From assembly GCA_965644295.1 (NCBI GenBank), contig CBFFRP010000668.1:62001-126000 (forward strand): 64,000 nt of DNA. The letters are read 5' to 3'. The notes under the pieces were generated by a model. It made no database searches, was not told the DNA's origin, and saw only the letters and a list, made by a program, of their open reading frames with translations. The first letter of the stretch is position 1. Each line of letters opens with the position of its first letter. This DNA is from Paraphysomonas bandaiensis. Taxonomy: Eukaryota > Protista > Chrysophyceae. Positions 13,721 through 25,636 of this stretch are shown one piece after another. Position numbers and translations under genes: made by a program.

Positions 13721-14237
13721 TGCTTCGGACACCTACTGCAGGAAGCGGAGCTCTATGTGGGTGCAGAGGAGAATATGGAGGTGCAGTGAGTGGAGTTGCA
13801 AAAGAAGAGGCGAGTAGGACTCCTGCACATACACATGACCAACACGCATATATATACAGCCGTATACGCACATAGACATACATATAAACACACACATACT
13901 CTGTACATGAAGCCGTATACCGTATACTCTATTTTCCACTGCTACATATACTGCTGTATACAGTGCTCTACATACGGTGTAGTTTAGTTGTATGTACAGT
14001 GTATGTGTGTCACATTTGAAATTCGAATATTCGAACTCAAACTGCTCTGAAGGGTCTGGATATACGTGTGTACTCTGTATGCAGATGTAGGCGTGCATGG
14101 TGTATTCTGAAGTGTATACTGCTGTATTGGTGAGATGGGCGGATCCTCAGCTCATGCATGGTATGGTATGGTATGGTATGCACTCAGATAACACTCTGTA
14201 CTAAAACTAATTCTCTGAAGCGACTGACTGTGCGAGT

Positions 14238-15612
14238 ATGGCGGAGAGTATGGATGTGGATGAATGCCCCCCTGAGCCCGTGGCTGTGGACTTGCCCTGG
14301 ATAGAGAAATATCGACCCAAATCACTGTCCGAGCTGATAGCTCACGATGAGATTATTAATATACGTACACACTCATCACATGCTTTTATTCAGTGGATCT
14401 CATGATGTGTGTGTGCAGTGAACAGGCTCATTGATAGCAATAAGTTACCGCATCTTCTGTTTCACGGGCCTCCAGGGACAGGTAGACATACGCACACTGT
14501 CTGTATTGGTGTCATGATATTATTAGGGAAAACCTCTACAATAATTGCATGCGCAAAGAAGATGTTTGGACAGGAACAATATAAGTCTATGGTATTAGAG
14601 CTCAATGCCTCTGACGACAGAGGTATTACTGTTGTGAGAGAGCAGATTAAGGAGTTCGCCGGAACCAAAATGTTATTCAACAGAGGAGTGAAACTTATTA
14701 TTTTGGATGAAGCTGATGCTATGACAGCAGATGCGCAGGCTGCTCTTCGAAGAGGTGCTATTGTTCTTTTGATTAGAGAGTAGTAGTCTAACACTATTTT
14801 GCAGTGATCGAAAAGTACACAAATAACACTCGGTTCTGCATGATTTGTAACTATGTGAATAAAATCACTCCAGCGCTGCAATCACGTTGCACAAGGTACT
14901 CATATTTTTCATTGCTCGAGTTATTACTCACTTTTTGCTTATTCAGATTCCGCTTTGCTCCTCTGAAAACAGAGCAGGTAGGATAGTTTGATTCTGTTTT
15001 ATAGTACATTTGGTTTGATGATATCGTTTTAAAATTGCAGATCAGAGGTAGGCTAGACGAAGTCATTGCTTACGAGGGGTAAGACTAGTGGGTGCGATGT
15101 GTGCGTGTGGCTAACACGTTATTGTCAGAGTGAACGCAACCCAGAGTGGCAAGGATGCTATCCTACATCTTGCTGGCGGTGATTTGCGACGGGTGCTTAA
15201 TCTTCTGCAGTCCGCACATATGGCTTTCAGAGAGGTCGACGAGCGGGCTGTATTCCTCACAGCGGGAGCTGTTTTGCCGGGAACTGTGACAAGTATTTTA
15301 AGCTCGCTTCTAAATGACCCCTTCGACGCTGCATACTCCTCCTTAGTTGCGGTGAGTATTTCGCGGTTCTTCCATAAAATACTAATATGCTCTATGATAT
15401 AGGTGGTTAAGGAACACGGCTATGCAGTTTGCGATATTGCGACAGAGCTTAGCGTGCAAGTGGCCCGGCTAAGCCTCCCTAACCCTGTCATCGCTCATAT
15501 ACTAGACAAGTTGTCATGTGTGGAGTACCGCCTCTCACACGGTGTGAATGAAAAGATTCAAATTGGAGCTCTTGTTGGGGCGTTTGTTGTTGCCAGAAAT
15601 ATGATGCAGTAG
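14238..15612 (+). CDS. RFC5: Replication factor C small subunit (RFC5, yeast Rfc3 type), multi-exon
   Basis: [24 protein letters not shown] (Walker A), [21 protein letters not shown] (Walker B), [11 protein letters not shown]. Confidence 0.93.
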
Positions 15613-16574
15613 ATGTATGATAGCTTAATTAATTCTACCTTTCGTTAAAGTTTGGGTTTACATGCACGTAAATTTAGTCAGTAACATGTCCTACAACAGT
15701 TATCCCCACTTTGTTTCAAAACGTATACTCGCATCCCTGCTATTATCCATAAAGTTGCTTTAAAAAAATGGCAACGAAATCTAACTTATCCGGACGGAAA
15801 AAAGGATCAAATAAAATATTTGATAGCAGTGAGTCTAATTCGGAATGAGGACAACATTTGACTGATGGTAAGATGGTAACAGTCAGCGGAATAGAGAATA
15901 GAGCACGTCTTAGAAAGCAAACTCGACACCGAGCATTAAGCACGTTCATGCCACTGTTGTCAACAAAAGATTGTTTAGTAGACTTGAGATTGATTTGTTT
16001 TGACTGATTTTCGCCAGAGTAGGACTCCTCGGCTCTTAGAGCAAATTATGTGTTTACGCATGAACGCATGAATCGTCGCTTCTGGAATGAAATTATAGTT
16101 GAGCAAGCTATGTTGGCAGCTAATGTACAGGTAATTGATGACTTTAGTATCAGTTAATTGGGGGATTATATTGTTGCTACGCAGCCTTGATTTGGAGCAG
16201 TGATACTTTTTCAGGGTTAGGGTCACGTCGTGCATGTCAGGCAGTTATTTCGTTATTTCCTCTTCCCATAACCCGTGGTTAAATATAACTACTGTAGATG
16301 CCATCTGGACAGAATCAACAATGCAGACCGCAACGATTCGCCTCTCAGGAGAAAGAAGGAGAAGACAACTATTCCTCTATCGCATTTTACGGGGCGCAAT
16401 ATTATATGAATAATGAATCTATCTATCAATGAATAACTATTGCCCTAATATTGCATATTATTATGCAGTTGGTTTGTTATTATATCACGATACTATGCTT
16501 CTAAAAGCCTACTTGGGTACTTGGGCACATGATGTTGTCTAATGACTTCAGCCTACTACTATTACAATATATAT

Positions 16575-17210
16575 TAGCGGCACAGTACATAATACAAGAA
16601 GGGCATTCCCTTCAGCGAAAAAAACTTTAATATTATGCACAACATCATTACTGGCGCTGATTTGGCGGAAGATGATGTAACACGACGCTCACCTGCATGA
16701 GCGTTCCCTCAACAAAGTCGGACTCGCACCTTTCCGTGGTGTTCTGTGGGGATAAGTACCGGAGAGATTCTCTCTGGGAAACTAACGTGAGCCACAAACA
16801 TAGTCAGCAGATATTCTTCTGCCCACACATAGCCGAATGCTTGTGTGGTACAAGGGACACCAACAATAAAAGTGTTACTTTTGTATAGACGTCTTTGGGC
16901 CCTGACGAATATGGGTCCAGCTCAAGGGCATCCGGGACAGGGCCCACCTGAAGGGTAACCGGGGTATTGGGCTGCCTGCTGAAGTCAAGCATCCGGGATG
17001 TTCACCTTTTAAGAACTCAGAACGGAAGTGGTTGCACCTTGGTGCTTGCGGCGACTCACAAGCAGCTTTCGTAGCGTTAAATAGAGTAGGATAATAAAGT
17101 TTGTACTGATTAGTTACAGGTAGAGGTCTAACTAGTATGTCTAGCATTCATCTAGCTACCAACAAATCGGTACAGGTTTTTAACGCCTATTGCTAAATAA
17201 AAGACTTTCA
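16575..17210 (+). mobile_element. Most complete copy of a non-coding SINE/SIDE-like retroposon (HDV-like head plus LINE-derived 3' tail)
   Basis: The last ~180 bp match the 3' UTR of the LINE fragments at 17430 and 25637. Candidate TSD CAATATATAT (16565-16574, 17209-17218), which is low complexity. Homologous copies at 11629 and 57555. Confidence 0.75.
16577..16793 (+). ncRNA. Candidate HDV-like (nested double-pseudoknot) self-cleaving ribozyme
   Basis: P2 CTCGC/GTGAG, P3 ACC/GGT, L3 TTTCCGT, P1' GTTCTGT followed by GG, an 8-bp P4 hairpin and J4/2 CTAA. Candidate P1 5' strands are GCGGCAC (16577) or GCGGAAG (16665). P1.1 is weak (U-G pairs). Confidence 0.6.
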
Positions 17211-17429
17211 ATATATATAACTCGTTCATTTATATTCTTACATATATATATATATAATATATATACATACTTCTTACATAATATATAATATTACTTCAGT
17301 TTTAAAGCAAAAATGTCACTGACTACACATATATATAATATAATTTATACAGCTCAAGCTATTCCACCAAGCTTAGAGTTATTCTTGGTACATCGATGTT
17401 TTCCGGTCACAATACTCTCAAATGAATAG

Positions 17430-18425
17430 TAGTGAATGTCTGATTATTTAGCAATAGGCGTTGAGACCTTGCATCAATTAGTGGCTAGAAGAATGCTAGT
17501 CATACTAGTTAGACCACTACCCGTAACTAATCAATACAAACTCTTTTATCCTACTATTTAACGCTACGAAAGCTGCTTGTGCGTCGCCGCAAGCACCAAG
17601 GTGCAACCACTTCCGTTCTTTTTGTGTGATATGAAATTCGCCTTTATCGTGTGTCCGTGGACTCACCGGCGCTTTTGATCTGGGGGTCTCCCTTTGGGAT
17701 GGGTCTCCATTGGTTTTGGAGGGGGCTCAGCATTCTGAATTAGGGTCCTGAGTGCACCTAGTTCCAGATGTGTGGGTTGAGAGTGGTGGGGATTGTTGGG
17801 AGGAGGAGTTGGGTTTGTAGTATGTGTTACTGTGCTCCTGTGGGGCCGCGGGTGTAGATAGAGTTGTCGAAGCCGTCGGCGTTGTGGAGGTCTGGGCAGT
17901 CCAGTGCTCTGTCGGGTAGGACCTGTGAGGTGTGCACGTGTGTCTGGAGTCGGATACGCTGTGGGGGGTCTTCGTTGGACCCCTAGTAGTCGAAGGACTC
18001 TCGGACGTTGTCTTGACTGACTGCGTTTCGGACGGGGTCTCGGGAGTAGCCTGGGCGGCCTTTTGGACATGGTGATATAGCGACAACCGCGATCCTGTAA
18101 CATAAGCTTCGCTGCAGTGTAAAGCGGTTGCAGGAGATTAATAACCACTGTTTCTAGGTTCCGTAGACTGTGAGCCGTCAGGTGTTTGTGTATGTCATCT
18201 CCGAAGACCGTTTCCAGTTGGGCTGCTGTGATGGTTCCAGTCCAGTATCTCTCGACCTGTGGGATGGAGGGATTCCAGGCTCTGCTGGAGAGTCTCCGCA
18301 GTGCAGATGTGATCCAGTTGGGTAAGGTCTGAGTTCTCTGTATTTCGTGTAGCACATTTTTATGCGATTGAAATGCAGTTTCCCTTATTTGGGTGATGGA
18401 TTCATGTGTGCAGTCGAGGCACATC
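17430..18425 (-). mobile_element. 5'-truncated non-LTR retrotransposon (LINE) 3' end; ORF C-terminus 17663-18425 ending KGRPPDQKRR
   Basis: Perfect 13-bp TSD CTCAAATGAATAG (17417-17429, 18426-18438). The ORF is truncated at the TSD. A homologous ORF and 3' UTR lie at 25637-26255. No RT domain is present, so the clade is undetermined. Confidence 0.82.
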
Positions 18426-18867
18426 CTCAAATGAATAGAATGTTCTTAAAACAACATTAATATGACCTTACTAATCGCTGCTATACTACACATTCCATCT
18501 TAAAAGTATATATATTCAACTCTAGAAAACTTTATAGAAAGTTTGGGGAAAAAACGTTTGCTTCATATTATACAATACGACCTGTATAGAAAGGCAGTAG
18601 TGTAGGACACACCCTAAACCAACCTCAGCCCAGAATGCGCAGGGTTCAGTAAGGATTAATACATTGCCTAGTTTTGTCAACACTAACACTGCACAAGGAT
18701 GTGCCATCGGAAGAGGGCAATAAAAGTATAAAGTTTACTATTCTCTTTTTCCTTCTCATTCGCTAAAGAGCTATTACTCACTACCATGTATGTTTAGTTT
18801 TGACATATCACTGAAGTTGACGTTGTACTACGCAAACATTCAACATCATTGTTTCAACATTATATTG

Positions 18868-19656
18868 TTCCTTAGCCCTCAACATATTACAGCAACGGAC
18901 CTGTAATTATTCAATGCACAACTGAACGAAGCAATAAGCAGTGTAAATAATGTATTATTCGTTTATCACGAGAATACCAAAGTGAAATTACTTGAAATTT
19001 GCGACGATTTTAGATATATCACACAACTCTAACAATAATGCCATCCTGTTTCCAGGAATATTATTGCTTGTAGCTCACCAGAAGTGATAAACATTAGTAT
19101 TATGGAGACAAAATATGAATAAAATTCCGTCGACCACAAAAGGAAGCAGACCCCCAATATAACACCAAGAGCACGAATTAGTCAAAAAAACACTCGTAAA
19201 TCAGGATTATAGACACTGTCTGCAGGAGTGATTGCACAAAATTAGCCACCATGTTCGTGTGTTTCCTTAGCCCTCAACATATTACAGCAACGGACCTGTA
19301 ATTATTCAATGCACAACTGAACGAAGCAATAAGCAGTGTAAATAATGTATTATTCGTTTATCACGAGAATAACAAAGTGAAATTACTTGAAATTTGCGAC
19401 GATTTTAGATATATCACACAACTCTAACAATAATGCCATCCTGTTTCCAGGAATATTATTGCTTGTAGCTCACCAGAAGTGATAAACATTAGTATTATGG
19501 AGACAAAATATGAATAAAATTCCGTCGACCACAAAAGGAAGCAGACCCCCAATATAACACCAAGAGCACGAATTAGTCAAAAAAACACTCGTAAATCAGG
19601 ATTATAGACTGTCTGCAGGAGTGATTGCACAAAATTAGCCACCATGTTCGTGTGTT
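18868..19656. repeat. Tandem duplication with a 395-bp period (18868-19262, 19263-19656), covering the stop codon and 3' flank of the RRM gene
   Basis: Two near-identical copies; one substitution and one 2-bp indel seen. Confidence 0.93.
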
Positions 19657-21702
19657 ACATCGTGTGCTACATTGCCCTTTCTAGACGGTTCAGCAGGGTA
19701 TTCCCACAACCGGCTACCGTGAGCATATCCGCCTCTGTGCTTGTTGCTATGCATCTCTTCCTAGAAAACCAGTTACTGCTACATTGATGCAAAATTCAGA
19801 CTTACAGATTCAGAGAGACGATATGAGTCCGTTGAAAGAAAGGGTCGGTTTCCAGATTCAAAATCGAAATCGTCACGTCTGTATGCATACGAAACCGCAC
19901 GAGGTGATAATCTATGCATAAGTGGATGGGATGTTGGGGAAAGCAACGCATTACTGTTGTATGAACCGCGTCCACTATTCGTGGACACATAAGACGGGGG
20001 GTTTCTGACAAAACGTCCACCAGCGGAAATGTTTCGCTGTAGCTCACCTGAACTGTCTTTTGAAGACATGTGAATTTCTTCCTGATAGGAACTAAGGCGC
20101 TGTGCCCGGTGCACATGCTCCGAGAAATATCCACCGTCAGGTGCAAAAGCAGCACTTGGCTCACGATACTTTCCAAGAGACTCCTCGGATGGAACAGTGT
20201 TATGTTCATAATAACCACTGGTAGATCGTCCTACGGCCTCCATGTACAGCATCTCCTCGTAACCAAGGGTGCTACGATCACTCTGAATACACTCATCGGG
20301 TCCACCAGCATGGCCACCTCTGTGTTGTATGTCTTCTACACTTTGGTAGTCAGGCGCTGGGGGGGACGAGCGGGCAGGGGGATAGTACTCACTCATACCA
20401 CGATGAGAATCCCCACTGCAGCTTGCAAACATCTGCGTCTCAGACGGGAGATGGTCGTGCATATAAGGGTGGCGGGTCAATTGAGAATGTGGGGTACGAC
20501 TCTGTCGGTACGGATGTGATGCTGTGGATGTAGCAGAAAGCATGTGGCGCTGGGAACCTCGGTCATAATGGCTGTGCTTGAGGAGCTCCTTATGAGCACG
20601 TTGAAAGTTCTGGCTCGGTTTGCAGAAAAAGTGTACACAGCTGTAACAGCACATATCACACAAACTCAAGTAATTCGGAGCCTGAAACATACTTGTACAT
20701 ACTTCCATCCATGGAACCTGCAGCTTCCAGTGCGCAACGGCACCCGTCGAGTGTGGAAGGGAAGTGGACAAACGCGTAACCCTTACATACATGGGAATCC
20801 TGTTGAATAAATCTGTCGTCAAATAGCAAATAAAGAAATTCACATTGCTATTACTTTATCTGGAACCATTGCTTTGATGGACACTTTCGTCACTTCTCCA
20901 AATTTTTTAAAAGTGTGATAAAGCAAGTGCTCATCAACTTTGACTCCCTCCTGTAAATCATACAAACTAATGACATAATAGCAAAGAAAAGTTGCATATT
21001 TACCTCCATACTCATAAACCTCACATGTATTGACACAACAGGCTCTGGCCGATGAATTGAGTCGCTTTCTCCCACACCGCTGAGCTCAGAGCCGGGAGTG
21101 TGGCGGTACCACTCAACATGCATTGGGCGACCATGAAACACTTTCAAGTGCATGTCACGTTTCGCCCTTTCAGCATCCTGCCGCCGGATGAAGTGGAGTA
21201 TTCGGGCAGAGTATCCATTGACTGATATTACAAATATCAGCGATAGAAAAGTAATGATATAATTATCACACACCGAATACTTCTTGTCCCGTGTCATGGT
21301 GATGCATATTTCCATAAGGCAAAAACAATGCCAACAAGTCAGCCAAGCGGACATTTTGATCTAAGTTTTTCACAATCACGCGACAATTTCTTTCAGCGCG
21401 ACCAACTCGTATGCATCTACCCTTCAAATTCATTCCCGCGAGTGCAGTCAGAGCATTTTCCGCACCTTGCTTGGTCGCCATCCTAACAAAACCTTCATAT
21501 AACATAAGAAACAATATCCCTCAAATAATATAACGTTGTCACCATATCCCATAGGCTGCCCAGTAACCTTTGAGCACTTTAAAACAACTTTACTAACTTC
21601 TCCAACCATTCCAAATAGATCACACAGGTCTTCTCTAGTGACTTCTCGGCTCAAGTCGCCGACAAAGAGCGTATGCTCGCCGGACTCGTCAATGTTTTCC
21701 AT
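19635..21702 (-). CDS. RNA-binding protein with three RRM domains and a long Ser/His/Tyr-rich disordered C-terminus, multi-exon
   Basis: RNP2 TLFVGDLS, RNP1 MGYGFVRM after splicing, VIVKNLD, and KGYAFVHF in the third RRM. The last exon ends ...HEHGG*. Confidence 0.85.
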
Positions 21703-22080
21703 TGCAGTCTGAACAATAACGTACTCTAAACCACACACAGAGATAGAAAGAGAGACATGTATTCACAAAGAGATAATGATGAAACAGACGGCAGATAACA
21801 GCGCGAGACAGACAGATATATTCGACGAATAGCCACAGACAGTGGTACAGGTCACTGATCTATAGAGAATTTGGCGGAGCTCACTCGAGCTCTGTATATA
21901 TACGAAAGTCAGTGTAACCTCTATTAGAATCTATTGCTCAACAGCTAGCTAGTATACACTCCACATTCACACACCAGTTAGTCCCTTATGCCCTCCCCAA
22001 CAAACCCCCGCTTCCAGTACTGCCATACCGCATACACACACACACCACACATCCTTCTGCTGCTCCTCCCTACAGATTAT

Positions 22081-22239
22081 GTATGTAGTATGTATATTGT
22101 ATGTATGTATGTATGTATGTATGTATGTATGTATGTATGTATGTATGTATGTATGTATGTATGTATGTATGTATGTATGTATGTATGTATGTATGTAGGT
22201 AGGTAGGTAGGTAGGTAGGTAGGTAGGTAGGTAGGTAGG
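22081..22239. repeat. Compound microsatellite (GTAT)n(GTAG)n
   Basis: Directly visible. Confidence 0.97.
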
Positions 22240-22251
22240 CAGTATGTGAAT

Positions 22252-23257
22252 ATGGATATGCATTTCGCTCCATCATTTTTTAAATACTCAAATTCTCAGA
22301 GAAGTGACCTTAAAGTGATTTCGTGGGATTCATGTCGGAAAAGAATATTAGTTGCATTTTATCATTGAAATCCTATCTCAGGATATTTGTTTCTGAGCGT
22401 GAGTGGGATCAGTATCACACTCCCCGGAATCTTCTGCTGGCCCTGTGCGGAGAATGTGGAGAGTTAAGTGAAATCATGCAGGTATGAAATAAGAGATCAT
22501 ATGTGATGTTGTTGCGCTTATGTTATCGATTAAGTGGAAGAACAACGTGAGAAGAGTGTCTGATTTGTCCAGGAAAGATCAGGTTCATCTTGGCGAAGAG
22601 ATATCGGATGTATTCATATACACAATCCGACTCTCTGATTTGACTCATATTGATGTTGCCAAGGCAATGCTCTTACTACTAGACCCTGAAGCATCTCATG
22701 GGAAGTATGAAGATTTCAGAGTGAAATACCAGTCCGGAAATTTCCACAACGTACTACTAGCTGATATAGTCGGTTACGTAAGAGATTCAGTAATGTCTGA
22801 TTGGTTGGAACTCTCTCCACGAGATATCGTTATCAGAATTAATATTGCTGTTGGTGAACTGGCGTCCATCTTCTCTGGATACGAAGAGGAGCAATGTCAT
22901 GTTGGACTTCCGTTATGGCGACCAGAACACGTTCATCAAGCCGCTTTAGTTATGGCAAGAATTACTGCCCTACTGGCGTGCTTAGCGTTACCATTGGACT
23001 TATCTCGTTGTATAAAAGACAAGTTAGCTAAAAACTCTGCTAAATACCCCGCTCATTTGGTTAAAGGCTCGTCAGCTAAGTACACGGCCTATAAATCTGA
23101 CAATAGGTGGTACATTTTCTCCAGTGGCGGGTTCTGGACCGGTGTTGTAGCTACTCTGGGTGTAGTTTTATGCACAGAATTTGTGTTTCGATTGGATAGA
23201 GACTGTAGGTATAGTAGTGTCGTTGATATTTCGTTTATATTGAAGCGGTTTCGTTGA
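22252..23257 (+). CDS. dCTP pyrophosphatase 1-like (MazG-type) protein with two tandem domains and a C-terminal TM segment
   Basis: FVSEREWDQYHTPRNLLLALCGECGELSEIMQ/WK, LGEEISDVFIY and KLAKNSAKYPAHLVKGSSAKYTAY are DCTPP1-family motifs. First-intron boundaries and start codon are uncertain. Confidence 0.8.
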
Positions 23258-24026
23258 ATGGCTGATGAAGGTACTGTCACTTAGGTTCTTATATATATAT
23301 TGATGTGAACATAATTTTTTCTAGTACCGTTTCACTTCAGCTTGTAAGGTGTGGATTCCGTAGGTTATGCTCAAGGCAACATTTTACTTATTAATTTTAA
23401 TTGATTTTAATAGACGACCGGTCTAAAATTTGGTTAGTACTAGCGTACTAGCAGCAGAGATGACCATCGGTTCGCATGAGTGCTTTGATATCACATATCC
23501 GTGATCCGTGATGATATCTCCGCGTTCATGTTATATGTGTCAAGGCTTAGCAACAATATATTGAATTGTAATATATTATAAATATATTGATAGGTAGACC
23601 GGACAAATTATTGTTACTGGTTACTGCTAAGGTAGCTCACAATATATTGCAAACAATATTTTGATTAGGGATTAGGGTTAACTGTATGGTGCAAAGTGCA
23701 AAATATAATTCCACACACATATATATATCCGGAAAAAGAATAAAATGTCCTATATCCTATATTTGTTGTTTTCTAGTTTTTATGAATCACAAGTTCTAAT
23801 AGTACTACAGAGTACAGAACGTCTATTTATATAATATAGTATATATAATTTTATATTATCCCCATTTTGTCTCATAAAATGGGTTATTTTGACCTGAGTT
23901 GGGCTCAGATTAGCGCTCATGTCAGCACCGGGCAAATATAGACATTCAACTTCAATATTCGGTTCAACAGAAGCTCACTTCTACCTTAATTATGATTTTG
24001 ACAAATTGACAGTCATATGTATAATA

Positions 24027-25624
24027 CAGGGATAGGGAACAATATATTGTATTGCAATATATTGTACAATATATTGCAATATATTGTAAAATATATTGAT
24101 TGGTGGACTGGTCAAATATTCCATCAATAGTGTTTCTGTTAATAGAGCTCACAATACTATTGCAATATATTGCAATCAATATTATGATAGTCATATAAGA
24201 GAAGATCCTCAACTGTATGGTGCAAAATATACGCCTCTGTATACAAATATCCGGAAAATAAGAAAAAAAGCCTATTTTTGATGTTATTTTCTATTTTTTA
24301 TGTATCGCCAGCTCAAACAGCACTCTACACCTCTCCACATGTATGTACAGTACTTCTCTTAATATAGTATATATATCCTATAGTGACAAGAAGAGACAAC
24401 TGAATGATGAGTGCATACAAGAGTAGGGACATTTACCGCTGTTTTTGGAGTCCGGTCGAAGGTGTCCCGAACAAAATAACCAAGGAGATGTGACAAGATC
24501 TGACGAAGGCATTAGGCCTCTTATTCGCAAAGTAGACCTACTAATGGGGAAGTTGAAGCAGATTAAGAATGCTGCATTGCTACGTGGCCAAACCAGTCTG
24601 CTACCAGAAAGGGTAAATGTCACAAGATGGTCTTCTATGTTTCAGGTTCTCGTAAAGTGGATGCGTATAAAAGATCATGTATTAAAAATTGAAGACTTAC
24701 CGCTTGCAGTTACTGATATGATTCCTACTCCTCGACAGAATACCGAAATAATCGCCCTTGTAGACGACCTGAGGAAGTTTGAAAGCGTCTCGAAATTGCT
24801 TCAAACTGGAGGATCAAGTCAAGTGAATCTTTATGAATGCCGGAACATATTTGATGGCTTATTGAGGGACTTTAGGCCAAAGTATCCACTATCTGCTTTA
24901 CAGAAAAACAGTCCCATTGTTAATGATCCGAATTTCGAGAATGGAATTGCAAAACTCCAAGCAGGCGAAGAATTGGACTTGACAAGATCTGAGAAAGATG
25001 CTGTTAGAATATATCTCCATTCAGACAGTGATTATTGCAACAATACAGAGGATGATGAAGCTGAAGTTGGCTATGCGGAAAAAATTCTTCAATCAGCTCA
25101 AAAACTTAAGAAGCGAAAAGTTGAAATATCTAAGTACAGGTGCACGAGTCATGTAGTATGTACTTCCAATACGTGTGAACGCCTGTTCAGCGCAGCAAAA
25201 CTGATTATATCAGTGTTGCGCAAACGTATGCATCCTACTACACTTAATATGCTGTTGTTTCTGAAAGCTAACCGACAGTTGTGGCCGGATGCAAGCATAT
25301 TTCAATCAATATTGAATGAATATGGTGATGATGATGTCACCGATGATGGCTCAGAGGATGAGTATGAGGAAACTTTTAATTAGTTAAGAGTAGTGGGTTT
25401 GATTATCAAGTGACCTTAGACCTTATAAAATATGGCAAGTACTAAAAATGAAAACTACGGATGTGTTTACTTACTGATTAGTCATACTAATATATTGCAA
25501 TATATTGTACAATATATTGCAATATATTGCAATAGTATTGTAGGGCCGGTTTAAAAAATCCATCAATACTATTGATGGAACGCTACCTAACAATAGTATT
25601 GCAATATATTGTTCCCTATCCCTG
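24027..25624 (+). mobile_element. hAT transposon (family 1), internally deleted, 1598 bp
   Basis: Perfect TIRs CAGGGATAGGGAACAATATATTG and perfect 8-bp TSD GTATAATA (24019-24026, 25625-25632). Confidence 0.94.
24445..25383 (+). pseudogene. C-terminal half of a hAT transposase (N-terminus deleted)
   Basis: TRWSS motif and hATC dimerization motif TSNTCERLFSAAKL...LNMLLFLKAN. No BED finger, first catalytic Asp residues or true ATG start. Confidence 0.88.
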
Positions 25625-25636
25625 GTATAATATATA

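Noticed and set aside
15700-16400. Short ORFs or a transposon remnant after RFC5
   Set aside because: No motifs, TIRs or TSDs could be supported.
16705-16730. tRNA-derived SINE head (B box)
   Set aside because: AAGTCGGACTC does not fit GTTCRANNC, and no A box or cloverleaf was found; the HDV-like fold explains the region better.
16902-16960. Hammerhead ribozyme suggested by CTGACGA
   Set aside because: No downstream GAAA with a compatible stem II/III, and the core is not conserved in the 11790 copy.
21967-22276. ORFs with PTYL/HTYI/CMYV repeats
   Set aside because: They are translations of the GTAT/GTAG microsatellite.
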